Shown here in pieces: positions 45,893 to 54,580 of a DNA stretch of 64,000 nt. Position numbers and translations under genes: made by a program. The notes beneath the pieces were generated by a model, which worked only from the letters and a program-made list of their open reading frames with translations, was not told the origin of the DNA and made no database searches. Position 1 is the first letter of the stretch; each line of letters starts with the position of its first letter. This stretch comes from Candidatus Borkfalkia stercoripullorum (GTDB lineage: Bacteria > Bacillota > Clostridia > Christensenellales > Borkfalkiaceae), in assembly GCA_019119395.1 (NCBI GenBank), contig DWXC01000013.1:16884-80883 (forward strand), given 5' to 3'.

Positions 45893-47586
45893 AAGCAAAA
45901 CTTCGCAGGAGCGGCGCAAAGATCATGGCGAGCCTCATCGTTCTGCTCGGTTCGCTATCGTATATCATGATCCTTGCCGTCGTCAACGGCTCGGTCGGGT
46001 TCATTGCGGCGACGGGGGTCACGGTCTTCGGCGCGGCAGGCGTCGCAAAGGCGCTCGGCATGCTCGGTCTGTGCACAGAAATCCCGCTCGCGTGGGGCTG
46101 GATCATCGGGCTTGCCGTCGGCTGCGGCGTTATCCGCGGCGGTCTTCGGTATCTGGAACAGTACAGCAACCACTATATCGCATTCAAACTTCTGGCGGTG
46201 CTGCGCGATAAAATTTTCGGCGCATTGAGAATACTCTGTCCCGCAAAACTCGAAAGCAAGCAGAAGGGCAGCATCATCGCCATGATCACGTCCGACATCG
46301 AAACGCTCGAAGTGTTCTACGCGCACACCATTTCCCCGATCTGCATCGCGGTGCTGGTGTCGGCGGCGGTGTTCCTGTTCGTGGGGTTTATATCCTCGTG
46401 GTATCTCGCGCTCGCGGCGCTTGCAGGGTATATCGTCATCGGCATCGTCGTGCCGCTCGTCTCGTCGGGCAAACTCAAAGCGTCGGGAGTGATCTACCGC
46501 AGGGAATTCGCGGGTTTCAACGCCTACTTCCTCGATTCAATAAAGGGCATCAAAGACATCGTCCTCAACAATGCCGGGGAAGAACGCGAAAAAGAGGTCG
46601 GCCGCCGTTCCGACGTCCTCTTGCGCGAGACGAAAAAGATGAAAAACGGCATCACCAAGGCGGGCGCGGCGACGGAACTGCTCGTTACGCTGTTTATCGC
46701 CGTTTCGCTGACCGTCGGCATTTTGCTCGTGCGCTTTGAAATGCTCGACCTCGGAAGGATGCTCATCGGCGCGGTGGCGATCTTCGGCAGTTTCGGCCCT
46801 GTTCTGGCTGTGTCAGCTCTGCCCGGAAACCTGACGCAGACCTTTGCGAGCGGCGACAGGGTTTTGAACCTTTTGGAAGAAAAGCCGGCGGTTACGCCTA
46901 TAAAGAACGGAAAGACTTTCAACTATGAAAACCTCAACGTAAAAGACCTGTCCTTCGCGTATGAAGAGAACGCGCCCGTCCTCAAAGACGTGTGCATGCG
47001 TGCGGAAAAGGGCGAGATCGTCGGCATCGTCGGCGAGAGCGGCTGCGGCAAGTCGACTTTTTTAAAACTTCTGCTCCGTTTTTGGGAGAAAGACGCGGGC
47101 GAGATAAATTATAACGGCATCGACGTGGACGGGATCGATTCGGGCAATTTGCTCGACAACGTGACCATGGTGTCGCAGACGACCTATCTTTTCGACGAGA
47201 GCATTGAAGAAAACCTGCGCATCGCAAAGCCGGACGCCACGCGGGAAGAACTTGAAAGGGCGTGCAAAATGGCTTCCGTACACGATTTTATCATGACTCT
47301 CCCCGACGGGTATCGTACGCGCGTCGGCGCGATGGGCGACAATCTTTCCGCGGGCGAAAAACAGCGCATCGGGCTGGCGAGGGCGTTCCTGAAAGGAAGC
47401 GAACTCATTTTGCTCGACGAGCCCACCAGCAACGTCGATTCCATCAACGAGGGAATGATTTTGAAGTCTCTCGCCGAACAGAAGAGCAAAAAGAGCATTA
47501 TCCTCGTATCGCACAGGGAGTCCACGATGGCGATCGCGGACAGGATCTATGCCGTTCGGGAAGGAAAAATGGAGGTGCAATCATGA
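45889..47586 (+). CDS. ABC transporter permease/ATPase (CydC/IrtB-like)
   Basis: HYIAFKLLAVLR, DIETLEVFYAHT; GESGCGKST, LSAGEKQR, LDEPTSN. Confidence 0.9.
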   Translation: MKAKLRRSGAKIMASLIVLLGSLSYIMILAVVNGSVGFIAATGVTVFGAAGVAKALGMLGLCTEIPLAWGWIIGLAVGCGVIRGGLRYLEQYSNHYIAFKLLAVLRDKIFGALRILCPAKLESKQKGSIIAMITSDIETLEVFYAHTISPICIAVLVSAAVFLFVGFISSWYLALAALAGYIVIGIVVPLVSSGKLKASGVIYRREFAGFNAYFLDSIKGIKDIVLNNAGEEREKEVGRRSDVLLRETKKMKNGITKAGAATELLVTLFIAVSLTVGILLVRFEMLDLGRMLIGAVAIFGSFGPVLAVSALPGNLTQTFASGDRVLNLLEEKPAVTPIKNGKTFNYENLNVKDLSFAYEENAPVLKDVCMRAEKGEIVGIVGESGCGKSTFLKLLLRFWEKDAGEINYNGIDVDGIDSGNLLDNVTMVSQTTYLFDESIEENLRIAKPDATREELERACKMASVHDFIMTLPDGYRTRVGAMGDNLSAGEKQRIGLARAFLKGSELILLDEPTSNVDSINEGMILKSLAEQKSKKSIILVSHRESTMAIADRIYAVREGKMEVQS

Positions 47587-48281
47587 ACGAAGAAAAAAAG
47601 ACGGCCGGAGAACGGGCTGCACAGGCGCTCGTTTCCAATGCGGAGTCGGCCGTGCCCGGCGAAGAAAAGGCGAAGGCTTCCGCGGCCGTGAAAGGGGAAG
47701 CGGACGACGAAAATAAAATTTTCAGAAAATTCAGGATCAAAGATATCGTTTTTTTGGCGATCATGGCGGCGTGCATGCTCGTTACGGGCGCGATCATGCC
47801 GCTCGTGGGGCAGATCCCCGTGTTCGGCATCGTGCAGGTCTGCTTGGGGCTGCAGTTTTCCGTGTTCCCCGTCATCGGCATGATGAAGGTCAGAAAGACG
47901 GGCTCGCTCCTGTTTATGGCGGTATGCTGCGGAGTCGTGCTCGTGTTCATGAGTACGGTCATGTTTATCTGCATCCTCCTTTGCGCGGTCATCGCCGAGG
48001 TGCTTGCCGCGCTCATTTTCAGGGGATACAAAAAGGACGGGGCGAGCTTGTTTGCGGGCATCGTCTTTTTCCCGCTCACGCTGCCGCTTCTGTACATATA
48101 CTATAATTTTCTGTACACCGTCACGGACGAAACGGGGGAAGCCGTGAGCGCGTTCATCGGCGCAGACCCCGTCATAGCCGCGGCGATGAGCTTTGCCGTT
48201 TTGGCAGTATGCGCCGTGGGATCCGTGGTGGGACTCGTGATCTCCCGTGAACTCCGCAAATCGGGGGTCATGAAAAAGTAA
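47583..48281 (+). CDS. Putative ECF S-component (MptD-like)
   Basis: About 6 TM, KVRKTGSL motif; lies between the ABC pair and the ECF T/A genes. Confidence 0.65.
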   Translation: MNEEKKTAGERAAQALVSNAESAVPGEEKAKASAAVKGEADDENKIFRKFRIKDIVFLAIMAACMLVTGAIMPLVGQIPVFGIVQVCLGLQFSVFPVIGMMKVRKTGSLLFMAVCCGVVLVFMSTVMFICILLCAVIAEVLAALIFRGYKKDGASLFAGIVFFPLTLPLLYIYYNFLYTVTDETGEAVSAFIGADPVIAAAMSFAVLAVCAVGSVVGLVISRELRKSGVMKK

Positions 48282-48952
48282 TGGCGCTGTGGAATAAAAA
48301 ACTTTATCCGCTCGTCGCCATTGTGTCGGGGCTGTTTGTCATCGTGTTCGGCCTTGTCATGGCGAAGGAACTGCTCGCGTGCTCGATTTTTCTGGGAGCG
48401 GTGTTCGTGTGGCTCATGCTGTTCGGCTGCGTTCGGCCCTGCCTGCGGGCCCTCCCCGCGTTTATCGCGGCGGCGGGCATATTTTTCGGGATCTTTTACG
48501 CGGCGACGGGGACGTTTGAGGCGGGTTGGTCGATGGCGAACCGTTTCGGCGCGGTATTCCTCGCGATCGTTCCGGGGATGTCCGCTACGCCCGTGCGGAT
48601 GACGAGAAGCCTTTCGCAGGTGCATATGCCGCGCGCGGTCACGCTGGGCATGCTTATCGCCATGTCGTTCGTGCCGATGCTGAAAGAGGAGATCGCGCGG
48701 GTGCGCGAAGCGATGAAAACGCGGGGCGCGGGCAGCATCCTGAACCTGAAAATATTTTACCGCGCGTTCCTCGTGCCGCTCGTCATGCGGCTCGTGAACA
48801 TATCCGACACGCTCGCGCTGTCTGTGGAAACGCGCGGTTTCGCGCTCGGAAAGGCGCGTTATACCATTTATAAAAAGGAGCGCATCGCGCTTTCGGACGC
48901 CGTTTACGTGGCGGGTCTGATCGCGGGCGCGGTGCTTACGGCGGCGTTATGA
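48281..48952 (+). CDS. ECF transporter T component
   Basis: IAMSFVPML.EE..RVREAMKTRG; LVMRLVNISDTLALSVETRGF. Confidence 0.85.
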   Translation: MALWNKKLYPLVAIVSGLFVIVFGLVMAKELLACSIFLGAVFVWLMLFGCVRPCLRALPAFIAAAGIFFGIFYAATGTFEAGWSMANRFGAVFLAIVPGMSATPVRMTRSLSQVHMPRAVTLGMLIAMSFVPMLKEEIARVREAMKTRGAGSILNLKIFYRAFLVPLVMRLVNISDTLALSVETRGFALGKARYTIYKKERIALSDAVYVAGLIAGAVLTAAL

Positions 48953-50364
48953 GCGCGATCGAACTTAAAAACGTAAATTTTTCCTACGACGGAAAGACAA
49001 AGATACTCGAAAATACGGATTTTATCGCCGAATACGGCGAAGTGACGCTTTTGTCCGGCCATTCGGGCGAAGGGAAAAGCACGCTCATGTACATCGTCAG
49101 CGGCATTATCCCGAACGTGAACTACGGGGAGCTTTCGGGCGAAGTGCGCGTCGGCGGCGAAAGCATAATGGGCGGCAAAATGGCCGAGATCTGCCGCAGG
49201 GTGGGCGTCGTCTTGCAGAACGCCGACGAACAGATCGTTCAGAAGATCGTGGAGGACGAAATCGCCTTCGGATGCGAAAACCTCGCCTTTCCGCCCGAAA
49301 AGATACAAAAACAGATCGATATCGTGTGCGATCTCATGAAGCTCGATAAAAAGCGGAAGTGCCGCACCCTGTCGGGCGGGCAGAAACAGCGGCTCATCAC
49401 GGCGAGCACGCTCGCGATGGGGCAGAAGATAATCATTCTCGACGAGCCGCTCGCCAACCTGGACAAAGACGGCGCGGCAATGCTCATGGGAACGCTGCGT
49501 TCGCTCGCCAAAGCGGGCTATTGCGTCATCGTCATCGAACACCGCCTCGACATGGTTCTTCCGTTTGTCGATGCGGTATGGCACATCGGAGGCAGGACGG
49601 TGAAGAGGGTCGAAAACAGGCGGGAATACCTCGCTTCGCAGACGGCGAAAATAAAGGACGGGTGTCCCGCATTTACGGGCAAAGCGCCGCTGTTCAAACT
49701 CGAAAACGTCGCCTTTTCGGTGAAAAAAGAACGCGAGATACTCAAAAACGTGTCGCTCGAGATCCCGAAGGGCGGCAGGACGGTTTTGCTCGGAGAAAAC
49801 GGCTGCGGCAAAACGACGGTCATGCGGCTCATCGCGCGGCTTTATAAGCCTACGGGCGGCAGCATAACGCAGTATGTGGGCGAAAAATTCAGGCAAAAGT
49901 CCAAAGGGAGCAGGGCGTGGTATCAAAAAGTCGGCGTCGTTTATCAGAACCCCGACTATCAGCTTTTTATGCCCACCGTGCGGCAGGAAATTTCGTTCGG
50001 CGCAAAGAGCGGGGAATACGCCGCGGAGATCGCCGAACTGTTCGGCGTAAAACACCTGTGGGAGAGACATCCGCAGTCCCTTTCCGAAGGGCAGAAGCGG
50101 CGCGTTTCCATCGCGGCGGTCGCCGCGTGCGAACCGGAGGTGCTTTTGCTGGACGAACCGACGGTGGGGCAGGATTACGACGGCCTTTGCCGGATGGTGG
50201 AGATACTCAATAAATTGCATATGCAGTCGGGCAATACAATGATTACGATCACCCACGACGTGAGGTGCGCCGAAGCGCTGTGCGACAGGGCATATCTGAT
50301 CGCGGGCGGCGCCGTTGCCGAAAGCGGCGGCAAAGAGCTGGTGCGGAAGTATTTTGCGGACTGA
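48949..50364 (+). CDS. ECF transporter duplicated ATPase
   Basis: GHSGEGKST / LSGGQKQR and GENGCGKTT / LSEGQKRR; VEDEIAFG. Confidence 0.9.
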   Translation: MSAIELKNVNFSYDGKTKILENTDFIAEYGEVTLLSGHSGEGKSTLMYIVSGIIPNVNYGELSGEVRVGGESIMGGKMAEICRRVGVVLQNADEQIVQKIVEDEIAFGCENLAFPPEKIQKQIDIVCDLMKLDKKRKCRTLSGGQKQRLITASTLAMGQKIIILDEPLANLDKDGAAMLMGTLRSLAKAGYCVIVIEHRLDMVLPFVDAVWHIGGRTVKRVENRREYLASQTAKIKDGCPAFTGKAPLFKLENVAFSVKKEREILKNVSLEIPKGGRTVLLGENGCGKTTVMRLIARLYKPTGGSITQYVGEKFRQKSKGSRAWYQKVGVVYQNPDYQLFMPTVRQEISFGAKSGEYAAEIAELFGVKHLWERHPQSLSEGQKRRVSIAAVAACEPEVLLLDEPTVGQDYDGLCRMVEILNKLHMQSGNTMITITHDVRCAEALCDRAYLIAGGAVAESGGKELVRKYFAD

Positions 50365-50558
50365 AGCGCGGTTCCGGCCGCGCCGCCGGGGATGTTTTTG
50401 CTTCGGCGGCGCGCTTTCGGACACGGGATTTTCGTAAAAAAGCCTGACCTGTCGGATTTAGTTGTTGCTTTGATGAGGCAAACGTGCTATAATATATCGG
50501 AACGGATCGGTTCGGATAAAAACTATTTTTACGATCTGCACGAACGGGAGGTTACGAT

Positions 50559-51182
50559 ATGAAAATTAAAGACGGTGACATTATTGTTTTTGCCGGCGAT
50601 TCCACGACGGACGCGGATAAGAACGCGACGGGCGACGGGCTCGGGAACGGGTACGTAAAACTCGTGCGGGACGCGCTTTTCGCTTTCCGCCCGTCCGAAA
50701 ATTTCCGAGTGGTCAACGCGGGCGTCAGCGGAAATACGACCCTGCACCTTTTGAAACGTTGGGAAAAGGATGTTTCGTCGCTCAAACCCGACATCGTTTT
50801 CTGCATGATCGGCATCAACGACGTATGGCGGCATTTCGATTATCTTGATCCGCTGGACAAGAGGATATCCGAAGAGGAATATGCGGAAAACATCGGAAAG
50901 ATCTGCGATCTGGCCGAAGGCGCGCGCGAATTTTGCCTGATGACCCCGTATTATATGGAGCGGAACCGTACCGACGAAATGCGCGTTCTGACCGAAAAAT
51001 ACGCCGCCCGCATGAAAGAAGCGGCGAAAGACCGCGGCATAAAAGTCATTGACCTGCAAAAGGTGTTCGACGAATATATGCAGGGGAGACCGGGGCAGTC
51101 CGTCTCCTGGGACAGGGTGCATCCCGGTTCGGTCGGTTCCATGCTGATCGCGCGCGAGGTCTTGCGCGAATTCGAACGGTAA
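50559..51182 (+). CDS. SGNH/GDSL hydrolase
   Basis: FAGDSTTD, NAGVSGN, MIGIND and DRVHP blocks. Confidence 0.9.
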   Translation: MKIKDGDIIVFAGDSTTDADKNATGDGLGNGYVKLVRDALFAFRPSENFRVVNAGVSGNTTLHLLKRWEKDVSSLKPDIVFCMIGINDVWRHFDYLDPLDKRISEEEYAENIGKICDLAEGAREFCLMTPYYMERNRTDEMRVLTEKYAARMKEAAKDRGIKVIDLQKVFDEYMQGRPGQSVSWDRVHPGSVGSMLIAREVLREFER

Positions 51183-51241
51183 GGCGGGCATATAGCGGGG
51201 CGGCGGACGACGTTCTGCCGCCGTACGCACGGAGGCGCTTT

Positions 51242-51706
51242 TTGGTCAAAGTATTGTTTGTCTGTCTGGGCAATATCTGCCGTTCGCCCATGGCGGAATT
51301 CATCATGAAAGATATTGTGCGCAGAGAGGGGTATTCTTCGCGGTTTTTCATCGCGTCGGCGGGTACGAGCGCGGAAGAAGAGGGGAATCCCGTCTATCCG
51401 CCCGCCCGCGCGGAACTTTCAAAACACGGCATTTCCTGCGAGGGGAAGCGCGCGGAGCAATATACCGCGAAAGATTACGCGCTTTACGACTATATCCTTG
51501 CCATGGAAGATTGGCACGTGAGAAGCATCCTGCGCGTTTCGGGCGACCCTTTGCGCAAGGTCAAACGGCTTTTGGATTATACCGAAGCCCCTGCCGATAT
51601 AGACGATCCCTGGTACACGCGCGATTTTGCGCGCGCCTACCGCGAGATCGAAAAGGGCTGCTCTGCTTTTTTGTCTTATCTGAAAGAGAGCGGAAAGATC
51701 TCATAA
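51242..51706 (+). CDS. Low molecular weight protein-tyrosine phosphatase
   Basis: VCLGNICRSPMAE, SAGT and DIDDPWY motifs. Confidence 0.92.
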   Translation: MVKVLFVCLGNICRSPMAEFIMKDIVRREGYSSRFFIASAGTSAEEEGNPVYPPARAELSKHGISCEGKRAEQYTAKDYALYDYILAMEDWHVRSILRVSGDPLRKVKRLLDYTEAPADIDDPWYTRDFARAYREIEKGCSAFLSYLKESGKIS

Positions 51707-51861
51707 ACGGGCAAGCGGTGCGGAATTTGTGAAAAAATTTTGCGAATTCCCCCTCAAAACGATTTACTTTTTCGTAAAATCATGTATAATAGATTATGCT
51801 GTTTTTCGGGGCGGCAATATGGCGCGGACGCGTCGGAAAGCGGTATGTTGAACGGAAGCGT

Positions 51862-51938
51862 CGAGGTGTAGCGCAGTTTGGTAGCGCGCTTGGTTAGGGA
51901 CCAAGAGGTCGTGGGTTCAAGTCCCGTCACCTCGACCA
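51862..51938 (+). tRNA. tRNA-Pro with anticodon AGG
   Basis: CGAGGTGTAGCGCAGTTTGGTAGCGCG-CTTGG-TTAGGGA-CCAAG-AGGTCGTGGGTTCAAGTCCCGTCACCTCGACCA; C1:G72 and A73 proline identity. Confidence 0.85.
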
Positions 51939-52263
51939 CAAAAGAGCGGAAGGTTTTTGCCTTCCGCTCTTTTGTTTTTATGCGGTTCGTCTTGAACCCG
52001 CGACCTCTTAAAAACACAGGGCTCCCGAAAAAGATTTGCACAGCAAAGATTTTTCGGGAAGAGGAGCGACCGAGCGAAAAAGCCTGCGCAATGCGCTTTC
52101 GCGCATTGCGCGCCGACGAGCAAGGGGAGCGACGAGGGTTCAAGACCCGTCACCTCGACCATAAAAGAGCGGAAGGTTTTTGCCTTCCGCTCTTTTGTTT
52201 TTATGCGGTTCGTCTTGAACCCGCGACCTCTTAAAAACACAGGGCTCCCGAAAAAGATTTGCA
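51913..52263 (+). repeat. 128-bp direct repeat starting in the tRNA-Pro T-arm (copies 51913-52040 and 52136-52263)
   Basis: The copies differ at two positions by eye; period 223 bp. Confidence 0.9.
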
Positions 52264-52387
52264 TGAACTCCTTTTTTCCCTCATCTGTTGCACTTAATAG
52301 TATAATTCACCCCGCAAAGCAAGAGAGCGGACGGCAAAAGCCGTCCGCTCTCCGTTTACGCCCGTTGACGGGAAGGTCGGGGACGCG

Positions 52388-53167
52388 TCACGGGATATAT
52401 ATCTGCACCTGATAATTCCATTGCAAAATTCCCGAAAGCACGATGAATTGCAGAATGAATCCGGGTGCGGCATTATATGCGCTTTTTGCGGTTTCCGTCA
52501 GTTTCTCCGTCGTCTGTTCCAAGGTTTCTTCCGTGCAGTCGGCGCAAAGGTAATTGCCCTGCGGCAGTACTTTCAGCCCGTCCGCCTGCGTGTACCTCGT
52601 ACACGTCGCGAACAGGCGCGACCGTCCGTTTTGCCTGTAAACGCCTGCCAGGTCTTCGAATGAAAATTCGTCTCGCTTATCTTGCGGCAATTGTCCGTAA
52701 AAATGGCTGAGATAATTCCATAAATTGTCCAAAGAGGGCCTTTCCATCGTGTCCGACAGCAAAATGACCCTTTGCGGATACGCTTTTACAAAAGAACTTT
52801 CCTTTTGCGCTTCGCCATTCAGTTTGTTTTCATAAAAAGCGCGCGCGCGCCCTATTCTGGCCTTTGCGTTTTCCAGTTCGCCGATTTTTTCGTCGGCGTT
52901 TTTTTCGGCCTTTTTCAGCGTCTCTATAATTTTATGAAAATCGTCGTAAGACAAAATATCTTTGATTTCCGCGAGGGTCAGATCCATACAGCGCAGCGCC
53001 CGTATCGTGTTCAGCTTTACGATCTCCTGCAGGGAATAGTAGCGGTAACCCGTCCATTCGTCCACCTTGCACGGCTTTACCAGCCCGATGCGGTCGTAAT
53101 GCCGCAAGGCCTCCGCCGTCATGCCGACGATCTTCGCCGTTTGGCTTATGGAAAAAATTTCTTTCAT
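52388..53167 (-). CDS. MerR family regulator with C-terminal effector-binding domain (BmrR-like)
   Basis: FSISQTAKIVGMTAEALRHYDRIGLVKP...TGYRYY, LRCMDLTLAEIK. Confidence 0.9.
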   Translation of the reverse strand: MKEIFSISQTAKIVGMTAEALRHYDRIGLVKPCKVDEWTGYRYYSLQEIVKLNTIRALRCMDLTLAEIKDILSYDDFHKIIETLKKAEKNADEKIGELENAKARIGRARAFYENKLNGEAQKESSFVKAYPQRVILLSDTMERPSLDNLWNYLSHFYGQLPQDKRDEFSFEDLAGVYRQNGRSRLFATCTRYTQADGLKVLPQGNYLCADCTEETLEQTTEKLTETAKSAYNAAPGFILQFIVLSGILQWNYQVQIYIP

Positions 53168-53184
53168 TTTTTTTGAAATTCCTC

Positions 53185-53215
53185 TTGACTTTTGTGTAAC
53201 ACAAAAGTTTATACT
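53185..53215 (+). promoter_or_regulatory. MerR-type promoter with 19-bp spacer and dyad operator
   Basis: TTGACT-19 nt-TATACT containing ACTTTTGTGT-A-ACACAAAAGT. Confidence 0.85.
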
Positions 53216-53269
53216 GATTATAGCATTTGAGGAAAGGCAATGTCAAACAAATCAAAAGGAGATTTTATC

Positions 53270-53926
53270 ATGAAAAAGATCGCGGCATTATTGTGCGTTC
53301 TTGTCGGCGCAATGTTGTTTTCGTTTGCCGGCTGTTCAGGCGGTACTTTTACGGAAAAGTCGTATGCAAGCGGCGGGGCGGCGATAGAAAAGATCGCGGT
53401 ACAGGTGAGCGACAGGGAGTTGGAGATCGGAGTTTCGCAGGACGGGCAGGTTCACATCGATTATTTCGACAGCGAAAAGGAATATCTCGATATTTCGCTT
53501 TCCGGCAAGGAACTGACGGTCAAACTTGTATTCGATAAAGACTGGACGGATTATATCGGCGTCAAACCCTCGAAGGAGTATCGCAAGATCGTGATCGGGT
53601 TGCCCGATAACCTGATCTCTTCGTTTTCGGCCGATACGACAAACGAAAACATCAAAGTGAGTTCGCTTTCTTTTACCGAACAGGTCAGCCTCGATTCGAA
53701 CGGCGGCGACGTCGTATGCGACAGGGTAAACGCGGGGAAGGCGATTTCTCTGAAAGCGAAAGACGGGGATATTCGGGGTACGATCGTCGGCGGCTGGGAC
53801 GACTTTTCGATCGTATGCACCATCAAAAAGGGCGACAGCAACCTGCCCGCTTCCAAGGACGGCGGCGAAAAATCGCTTACGGCCGATTGCAACAACGGCG
53901 ATATCGATATTGAATTTGTGGCATGA
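53270..53926 (+). CDS. DUF4097-like beta-strand-repeat lipoprotein
   Basis: Lipobox FAGC; repeated xxTxNGxI units (ADTTNENI, LDSNGGDV, LKAKDGDI, ADCNNGDI). Confidence 0.75.
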   Translation: MKKIAALLCVLVGAMLFSFAGCSGGTFTEKSYASGGAAIEKIAVQVSDRELEIGVSQDGQVHIDYFDSEKEYLDISLSGKELTVKLVFDKDWTDYIGVKPSKEYRKIVIGLPDNLISSFSADTTNENIKVSSLSFTEQVSLDSNGGDVVCDRVNAGKAISLKAKDGDIRGTIVGGWDDFSIVCTIKKGDSNLPASKDGGEKSLTADCNNGDIDIEFVA

Positions 53927-54084
53927 GCCGCCCGCCCGAGCGGGGTGCGGGAATTATATCAAAACAAAAAGAACTGTTTATCCGCTATCGGGGCAGTTCT
54001 TTTTTTCTGATAGCGGGCAAGAAAATCAACGGGAAATTTTTATTTTCTGTTTACAAAAATTTTGTACGGCGGCATAATGGATGT

Positions 54085-54331
54085 ATGTATCTGGCAGATT
54101 TACATATCCATTCCAAATATTCGCGCGCCACGGGCAAAAACGCCGACATCCCCAACCTCGATTTATGGGCGAGGCGAAAGGGCATAACGCTCGTCGGCAC
54201 GGGCGACTTTACCCATCCCGCCTGGCGCGACGAGCGGCGCACCGTCCCCGTTTCTGGAGGAATTGCCCGAAAGAGCCGCGAGGGAAAAAGCGGCGCCTAA
54301 GCCCGTGTATCGGCAGATGTCTCTTTTTTGA
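54085..54331 (+). pseudogene. Internally deleted relic of a PHP (EndoQ-like)-UvrD helicase fusion
   Basis: N-terminal MYLADLHIHSKYSRAT...GTGDFTHPAW joined out of frame to APSPFLEELP...RQMSLF*. Confidence 0.75.
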
Positions 54332-54580
54332 ATATACGTGCGTAAGATTTTGTGAAGCGCGGGGCAATGAAAACATTGCCCCGTCTTTTTTGTAAGTAAA
54401 AATTTCATGATACTTTCATGCGCATATCATTGACAGGACGGGGCGAAAACGATATAATATGTCAGGTTTAGGCCGCGTATCGCGCAAGGCGCGGCATGGT
54501 TTTTTCGTAACCTTTGCGCATTGTTCCGTAAAGGAAGAATGCGTTCGTATAAGGGAAAAATTTGAAAGGAGTTGTAACTT

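Noticed and set aside
51913-52263. Intact integrative element at tRNA-Pro
   Set aside because: Only 95 bp separate the repeats and there is no integrase; kept only as a repeat/scar finding
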